Source: Eledone cirrhosa
Lineage: Eukaryota
DNA: 64,000 nt
Assembly (NCBI GenBank): GCA_964016885.1
Contig: OZ024740.1
Coordinates: 240,250,001 to 240,314,000 of the forward strand
Direction: 5' to 3'
The notes below the pieces were generated by a model. That model made no database searches and was not told the DNA's origin. It saw only the letters and a list, made by a program, of their open reading frames with translations. Of this stretch, positions 56,380-64,000 are shown piece by piece; the first letter of the stretch is position 1; every line of letters begins with the position of its first letter. The position numbers and the translations under genes are program-made.

Positions 56380-56878
56380 GGTGGCTGCCAACTCGTTTTC
56401 GAGTTCGGCCACTACTTTATATCCATGTAGGAGAACCCCTACCGATGCGCTGAACGAGTGTGACGTTTTAGTCCAGCCAGCGACTTGAAAACTCTGGTAC
56501 AAACACTACACTTGTGACAATTATTGACACATAGTGCTGGGCCCATGGTACCATGTGACGACAAGTGGAGAGAGATCTCCAGATATAAAGCAATGCATGT
56601 GCCATGAAGCTTTTATAGTGAGGCACTGCACAAAGCCAGTCCCACTCTCTTAACCAAGATGATATTTACCAAAAAGAAGAACAAGTCAACATCATTGGAT
56701 ACCATCAGGGTTGCAGGTGTTATATTAGAGTTTTCCTTCTCCTAGAATTCTGCCTTGACAAAGGCTAAGAGGTGATTTTGGATGGCCATTGACTCCTAAG
56801 AGCTCCTTTGCCCTTTGACAGGTTTGTTTTTAGTGTTTGGAGGATGTCCAAAGTCACCTCCCTCACCAAGAAACCTTG
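56380..56878 (-). mobile_element. 5'-truncated copy of the ~607-bp retroelement
   Basis: Homologous to 26507-27020 with two small deletions. Confidence 0.9.
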
Positions 56879-57436
56879 AAAATTTTTAAATTGTTGATTT
56901 CCGATATTCGATTCGTGGTGTTTAATTTGCTACTTGGATGATGGACATGATGCTGGTCTTAAGGTTAATGTCGCAGTTAATTGTAATGTTGATGTTAATT
57001 TTAATTTTAATTGTAATTCTAATTTTAATTTCAAGTTTTAATTTTGTCGTTCCACGCCGCTGATATACACACGCACACAACGCATGCCGCTGGCACATTA
57101 CAATCATACATACACTCCACGTGCATTCCATATATATTGTTATGAAACACATACCCTTTATATTCCATGTATACATCAAACCTATGCACATCCCATATAT
57201 ACTTTTATGAAATGGATGTTACACATAACCACAATATATATAACTTGCTTGTGTACGCACGTACGGCCCACATCTATCCACAAGCCACGAGACCTGCATC
57301 ATGCGCAGGCTCCCACCCAGTGCCTTAGATCACCAGCCCCCATGTATATCATATAAACATTTGCACCACAGCCCCCAAGTATTGTATGCAACTTTACGCA
57401 CAGCCCGATAATGCCCAGTCCCCCTCTGCATCCTTG

Positions 57437-57900
57437 TCATCATCATCATCATCATCGTCGTTTAATGTCCATGTTCCACGCTTGCATGGGTTTGGACGGG
57501 AGTTTTCCCACTTGAGGCAAGAGTGGTTGTCTTGCTTGCATAGGACTGTCTGGCGGCTTTTCTACAGCTGGATGCCCTTCCTAACACCAACCACATTTAC
57601 AGTGTGGGGCTGGGAGGTTTTTACCGTGTTGCCTACACGGCCACATTACAGCGTGGACTGTGTGTTTTTTTTTGTCGTGACACCTACACTACACGATCTC
57701 ATTTGTTTCGGCCTGGTTGTTGTGGCACCAACATAACTTTACATTGAAAGGGGCGGTGTGGATGGGGTGGGGGTGTGGGACGGGGGTATATTTTGTTAGA
57801 GATGCCTACTGACTGTAGTAGGTTTTACTTTGTATTTAGGTAAGGCAGGTCTTCTCTATTACTGAGTACCGCCAAAGATCTCGGTCCAGTGACATTGTCT
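57437..57900 (-). mobile_element. Non-LTR/SINE 3' end with (GAT)n tail
   Basis: (CAT)n-GTTTAATGTCC...GCTGGATGCCCTTCCTAAC pattern, recalled from invertebrate retroposon 3' ends. Confidence 0.5.
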
Positions 57901-59031
57901 TGATGTATGCATTCTCTTTTTCCAGCATTTTATTTTATTGTATTTTATCTTATTTTATTTTATTATTGTATATTATTACGGGGTCGATAAAATAAAGTAC
58001 CAGTAATGCATTGGGTAATTGCTGGCCTTGTGTTTAAAGTAGAAACAATTATTGTATATTATTTCATTATTTTATGTTATGTACGTACAGGCTTTTTTTA
58101 TATATGTGCCACCTACGCTATATGTGATTAGTGCAGGGATATTGTGCTGCCTTAATATTTAGGCATATTGTGCAGGCACCTTCGGACTCGGGTTGGGTCA
58201 AAGCCTCAAAAGCGTTGTCCTCATACAATACTGTGTGCACCATCTGCGCAGCTGCGCGTGTGAAGACGGACGAGGGGGTACTCATCAAGTATATGCCTCC
58301 GGTGTGGGAACACGCGGGTGCATGTATGTATGTGTGTCCACACAGATATGCATGAGCACGGGTGTGCGCATGCCTGGGTCGATGTATTTGTCTGAGCATG
58401 TCTGCGTGGGGGTATGGATGACTATCTATGGATTTTTTCTTTTCTCATCTGTCTACATATGTGTGGCGTCTTGGCTATGCACACTTCCCTCAGTCCAGTG
58501 TGTGAGTGTAGAATTGGGTGTATTTGTTGAAAACACCTTTGATATAGCCTTTCTGTTTGAAAGGCTGTCGCAAGCTTTCATTTAAAAACGTTCTTAATTC
58601 TTTTTGAAATATGTATGGTGGAGGGTATTCTAGGGCTGTTTCCTAGAAATGTTATGCTAAATATCCCTATGATTTTATTTTGATTTTTTTTTTTAAATTC
58701 CCTCCAAACATTATTTACCGCATAATTGCGGATGTGTACCTGACCGCTGTGGAACAGGGTGCCTAGGGACAATGAGGACGTCGAAGTGATGCCAGCCGTT
58801 CAATATTACAGCCCCTCTCCCACCACAGTAGTAATTCTGATATATGAAGAAATTTTGATTGACAGGTGGAGAGGGAGAAGAACCTAACAGTGGGCAACCA
58901 CGAGTGGCTAGAAATACCGGTGACATGTACAATTCTTGACCACTCATGGTATGACAATAACAGGATCTAAATCAACAAACGAAGGAATTCGATGTTAAAG
59001 GACAATAGGAAAATCTGCTTCGTAGAATCGA

Positions 59032-59126
59032 GACGTATCCGAGGACCGCGCGATTTCAGAGTCAGGTTTGATCACCACATAGATCGTGCCTCGAGCTGGT
59101 CGCCCGAGAAACAATTGTAATATGTC
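59032..59126 (+). ncRNA. Hammerhead motif with one core substitution
   Basis: GACGTAT-CCGAGGA-...-GAAA-CAATTG-TA/ATATGTC; (TA)n follows at 59172. Confidence 0.6.
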
Positions 59127-59169
59127 TAATAAGTTCCTTTCGTCGCAACATTGATTCTCTTTTTTCTGT

Positions 59170-59203
<34 letters not shown>

Positions 59204-59834
59204 AGAACTGAGCAGAGCCTTGGGACCAGTTTCCCGAATGAACTCAACTCCCCTCCCTAATTTCTTTAATCTTACACACATTCGATCGTGCTTACCTCTC
59301 TACCCCTTATCACTGTCCCCTTTACGCCGTCCGTTGTCACACACGCGCGCGTTCATTCGCCCCTTTGCTTCCTATGGCTCCTAAGGTCAGAAAAATACAC
59401 TCTTACAGCTTATATAGACAAACAAAAAACGCGCACACCTTTATATTTACCTTCACAGCTCTTTGCACACACAGCCTTATATACACACACATTTGCTCAA
59501 AGCTTTGTTCTTACAAACATACAGACACACACACTCTTTTACTTACATATATAAACGCAACACATATCCTCTTAGCTAAGTACGGACGTATAAACACAGA
59601 TACACACACACACACACACGTACATCTCTATATACTGAACAGTTTTTTCCCTTCCAGAAATACGCGCTCAATCATCACATTTTAAAACAAGTATATCATG
59701 CACAAAACACCAGCATCAGTTTTCCAAGAGATGGCAACATAAATGGACCTGTTATTTTTCTTTAAAAAATGTTTTTTTTTTCGCCCTGCCCGTCTCCTCA
59801 ATCTTTCTATTTCTTCTTTAATGTCTTATTCTAT

Positions 59835-59870
59835 TTCCTGATGAAGGACTAGCGTCCGAAACATTAAGAA
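59835..59870 (+). ncRNA. Minimal hammerhead core (PLE-type)
   Basis: CTGATGA-A-GGAC(TAGC)GTCC-GAAA-CATTA; stems I and III are ambiguous. Confidence 0.55.
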
Positions 59871-60197
59871 TCTTTTTCCTACTATATCAAGCGTTAAACT
59901 AAAATATATTTCTTCATTGTACGTTTGTTTTGTTATTTCTGTTTGCCTTTTGCATACTCACACAAACTCACACACATACACATATGTGTGTGTATGTGTG
60001 TGTGTATGTGTGTGTGTTTGTTTGTGTGTGTGTGTGTTTGTGTGTGTGTTTGTGTGTGTGTTTGTGTGTCTGTGTGTGTCTGTGTGTGTCTGTGTGTGTG
60101 TCTGTGAGTCTATGTTTACATAAAGAAATACGCTATCAGCCGAAGTGTACAATAAAGTTATATTTGTATAAATACAGAGTGGAATACTGAGTGTGCA

Positions 60198-60260
<63 letters not shown>

Positions 60261-60267
<7 letters not shown>

Positions 60268-60838
60268 ATGCTTTGGGAGGGTCATGTTGCCAATAAGAAA
60301 CACACGCACCAGTCGCTTTCACTCCAATTTATTATAAATTAAATTTATAAATTTAAGAATTTATAAATTTCCGGTTGGTTGGTTCCACAACCGGAAGGTT
60401 GTTCATATATTGTCAAAGTTCTTTCGTCACACATTCTGTGACCTCTTCAGTGACTGGGGATTCTTTTCTTTGTTTTTGTGCTTCTCCTTTGTTCTGTCCT
60501 ACGCCATCTTGTTTTTGTGTGTGTTGTCAACACACACAAAAACAAGATGGCGTAGGACAGAACAAAGGAGAAGCACAAAAACAAAGAAAAGAATCCCCAG
60601 TCACTGAAGAGGTCACAGAATGTGTGACGAAAGAACTTTGACAATATATGAACAACCTTCCGGTTGTGGAACCAACCAACCAACCAGAAATTTATAATTT
60701 AATTTATAATAAATTGGAGTGAAAGCAACTGGTGCATGTGTTTCTTATTGGCAACATGACTCCTCCAAAGTATAACAATATCGGTTTCAACACACGTTTT
60801 CAGATAAAGAATCTTGCTAAACAAATTCAGAAACGAAA
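60261..60838. mobile_element. ~520-bp fold-back double-hammerhead element flanked by (TA)n
   Basis: Palindrome 60261-60780 with a 1-nt centre at 60527. HHR plus 60600-60642: GTCA-CTGAAGA-G-GTCACA(GAATG)TGTGAC-GAAA-GAAC-TT/TGAC; mirror at 60412-60454. Tail 60781-60838. Confidence 0.9.
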
Positions 60839-60842
60839 TATA

Positions 60843-60940
<98 letters not shown>

Positions 60941-61208
60941 AGAATGGGTGCTCAATATCGAAGTAGAGTTTTATAATGGCTAATTCTGACGGTAGATAGT
61001 ATCAGTAATGGAAAGTCCAAGTCCGATTTGACGAGTTCCACCCCACTCGGTAAGCAAATGAGATCAGGGCACTTGTAGATCGAGTATGAGTTTTGTCACT
61101 CTGGAGTTTCACCTGTGTACTCACAAGATCAACAAGACTTGTCAGAGGATTCTGTGAATCTCTAGAGTAACGTGTCACTTAGACATAATGAAGAATATTA
61201 TATATATC

Positions 61209-61398
61209 TGTGGATTGGCAGTATCGGTAGAGGGTCGGACGCCATGCTTTGCAGCAAAGAGTTACGGCCCTTTCCATTCTGAGTTCAAATCCCACCGACG
61301 TTAACTTTGCCTTTCATCCTTACGGGGTCGATAAAATAAAGTGCCAGTAATGTACTGGGATAATTGCTGGCCTTGTGCCAAAAGTAGAAACAATTATA
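61209..61398 (+). mobile_element. SINE copy
   Basis: Dominant SINE consensus. Confidence 0.9.
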
Positions 61399-61674
61399 TA
61401 TATATATATATGTGCGTGTGTGAGTATGTATGTATGTATGTATGTATGTATATATGTATGTATGTATGTATGTATTAACCCGCTACATACACATGTACAC
61501 AAATCTCTAAACTAAAATCTAAAGAACTACTAATACAAAAATATAAAACATAAATAACCCATCCTAAAACATGCTATAAATATTATTCCACCTTTATTAT
61601 TTCTATCAGGTTGGGTGATGGATTAGCAGTATCGCTAGAGAGTCGGACCCATGCTTTGTGGCTTAGAGTTACGG

Positions 61675-61855
61675 CCCTTTACAATCGTTTCAGAAGGTTG
61701 ATTGATCATGATAAATCGATGTATTCACTAGTTTCCTCAGAAAGGAAGATAGATCTGCAGTATTGAGATTAATAATATATAGTTGCATAACTACTATCAT
61801 TTCGTCACTATATCGATTTATCATGATCAATCAAACTTCGGAAACGATCGTAAAA
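61675..61855. mobile_element. Inverted-repeat element with hammerhead motif, fused to a SINE head
   Basis: Inverted repeat 61678-61722 / 61810-61855. Minus 61675-61745: CCTTT-CTGAGGA..GAAA-CGATTG-TA/AAGGG. Plus arm has GAAA-CGATCG-TA. Confidence 0.6.
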
Positions 61856-62066
61856 CAATATACTGATTAAGTACCAATCTTAGCAGTTTTCATTGTTCAT
61901 CACATATATATATGACTCTGTAGTTCGTTTAGATTGCACAATGGAATCTGATGATGAAAGCCTACTAGAAAAACAATACCTTTGAACACTTGATCTCGTT
62001 GGAATTATTACTTCAGGACGACTTGGAGTTCTAACAACGTTATTGTCTCTGCCGCAAACGGGTAGA

Positions 62067-62125
<59 letters not shown>

Positions 62126-62174
62126 GCGTGTGCGTGTGCGTGTGCGCGCGCGTGCGTGCGTGTGTGTGTGTGTG

Positions 62175-62256
<82 letters not shown>

Positions 62257-62272
62257 CGTGTGTGTGTGTGTG

Positions 62273-62309
<37 letters not shown>

Positions 62310-62311
<2 letters not shown>

Positions 62312-62661
62312 AGGGAGTGTGACATGAAGTTACTGTAGGTTCACCCAGGTGAGCACTCAATGTTCACGTCTGTAGCGAGGTGTAGAGCTAGACAGAGTGT
62401 AATATAATAATACAAGGACGATTTGTTATGTCTTCATTACGTCTATTGATTGGTGACGCACGTTTCGCTGTTGATCGGCTCATGGTTCGATATGTATCGA
62501 TCTGGTGCGACTCTGGAATCAAAAGCTTGTCATTACAACGACGGGCTTTTGATTCCAGAGTCGCGCCAGATGGATACAGATCGAACCTTGAGCTGATCAA
62601 TAGTGAAACGTGCGTCACCAATCAATAAACGTAATGAAGGCTTAATAAATCGTCTTTGTAT

Positions 62662-62670
<9 letters not shown>
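62310..62670. mobile_element. Fold-back element flanked by (TA)n with a degenerate hammerhead-like motif
   Basis: Imperfect palindrome ~62401-62668 with ~8-nt loop. Arm consensus TGA-GCTG(ATCAA)CAGC-GAAA-CGTGCG-TC; the CTGANGA box is decayed. One-sided tail 62310-62400. Confidence 0.75.
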
Positions 62671-62716
<46 letters not shown>

Positions 62717-62959
62717 GTGCAGTGCTGGGCTGGGGAGACCATAAATCAAGAGAGTACTCTATGCATGATAAGAAGCATCGTAGGTATAGACGAAGGTAAA
62801 AAATCTACCGCGACAGCTAGTGGCTACGGCTGGTATTCGGCAAGCCTTTCAAGGATGTACTGGGGTATGAAAACATTTTCTCGAATTTATGTATGGAGAA
62901 GATTAATTTCAACCTCCACCGCAACCGCCAAACGCCGTCGGGTTTTTATCTTCCTCCCC

Positions 62960-63044
<85 letters not shown>

Positions 63045-63046
<2 letters not shown>

Positions 63047-63564
63047 AGGTGAGTTTTATTGTAGTACAATAAAGCAATGCAGATATCGGATAAGAAGCAC
63101 TCTACAGTTTGTAGGACTGGAGTATACATAATATATAAGATCAAAAGATGGTTAAAGGAGTTCCATGTATTTTATTATGCGCATTTCAAAAACAAACATC
63201 ATCATGCAATAATATTTGTGTTTTCATCAGATAAAACAGGAGAACATGATATGAAGGCTAAAAAACACTTGTGGATAGTGCAGTTTTAAATCAACATATC
63301 AAAAACTGAAACGACTATATTTCTCTCAATAACCACATGGTAGCAATCTTTTCGATCATTAGTGCACTATTTATATTGATTTCAAACTCGTAAGAATAAA
63401 GAAAATGTTGATTTAAAACTGCACTGTCCACAAGTGTTTTTTAGCCTTCATATCATGTTCTCCTGTTTTATCTGATGAAAACACAAATATTATTGCATGA
63501 TGATGTTTGTTTTTGAAATGCGCATAATAAAATACATGGAACTCCTTTAACCATCTTTTGATCT

Positions 63565-63570
<6 letters not shown>
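63045..63570. mobile_element. Fold-back double-hammerhead element flanked by (TA)n, 107-bp spacer
   Basis: Arms 63131-63297 and 63405-63570 are near-identical. HHR plus 63465-63533: GTTTTAT-CTGATGA-long stem II-GAAA-TGCGCA-TA/ATAAAAT; minus 63169-63237. Tail 63045-63130. Confidence 0.9.
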
Positions 63571-63592
<22 letters not shown>

Positions 63593-63595
<3 letters not shown>

Positions 63596-63693
63596 GTGTG
63601 TTGAGAAAATAACAGCTCGATATTTCTCTAAAGAGGCTTAGCATTAACTATTGCTGAACGTTAAACTATCACTTTTCAATGATATATTATGAC

Positions 63694-63779
<86 letters not shown>

Positions 63780-63885
63780 ACATACATGTGTGTTGAGAAA
63801 ATTACAGCTCGATATTTCTCTAAAGAGGCTTAGCATTAACTATTGCTGAACGTTAAAATATCACTTTTCAATGATATATTATGAC

Positions 63886-63920
<35 letters not shown>

Positions 63921-64000
63921 CATGTGTGTTGAGAAAATTACAGCTCGATATTTCTCTAAAGAGGCTTAGCATTAACTATTGCTGAACGTTAAAATATCAC
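63593..64000 (+). repeat. Tandem ~105-bp unit separated by (TA)n (at least 3 copies, runs off the window)
   Basis: Units start at 63593, 63785 and 63921 and are near-identical. Confidence 0.9.

Noticed and set aside
58500-58980. Possible minus-strand Penelope RT relic (VWREF, SITFLG)
   Set aside because: Too decayed to support by eye.

Overview
AT-rich, microsatellite-saturated eukaryotic DNA with no intact protein-coding gene. The repeat content resembles a coleoid cephalopod (Octopus-like) genome; this is an inference. Almost every ORF in the supplied track is a microsatellite artefact or a transposon relic. Recognisable parts: more than 25 copies of one tRNA-derived SINE; decayed LINEs (RTE, Tx1/L1-like, R4/Dong-like, CRE-like); Penelope-like element (PLE) GIY-YIG and RT relics; one Tc1/mariner relic; three hAT MITEs; and a 4-copy tandem array of a ~607-bp non-coding retroelement. 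The main finding is about 20 type I hammerhead ribozyme (HHR) motifs from several unrelated sequence families. Most lie in 100-600 bp fold-back (palindromic) non-coding elements next to (TA)n tracts. Typically each strand carries one HHR reading outward from the centre, stem III is palindromic (dimer-type), and one arm has an extra tail. These look like miniature, protein-free, double-hammerhead fold-back derivatives of PLEs. All structures were read by eye and ribozyme activity is not shown.
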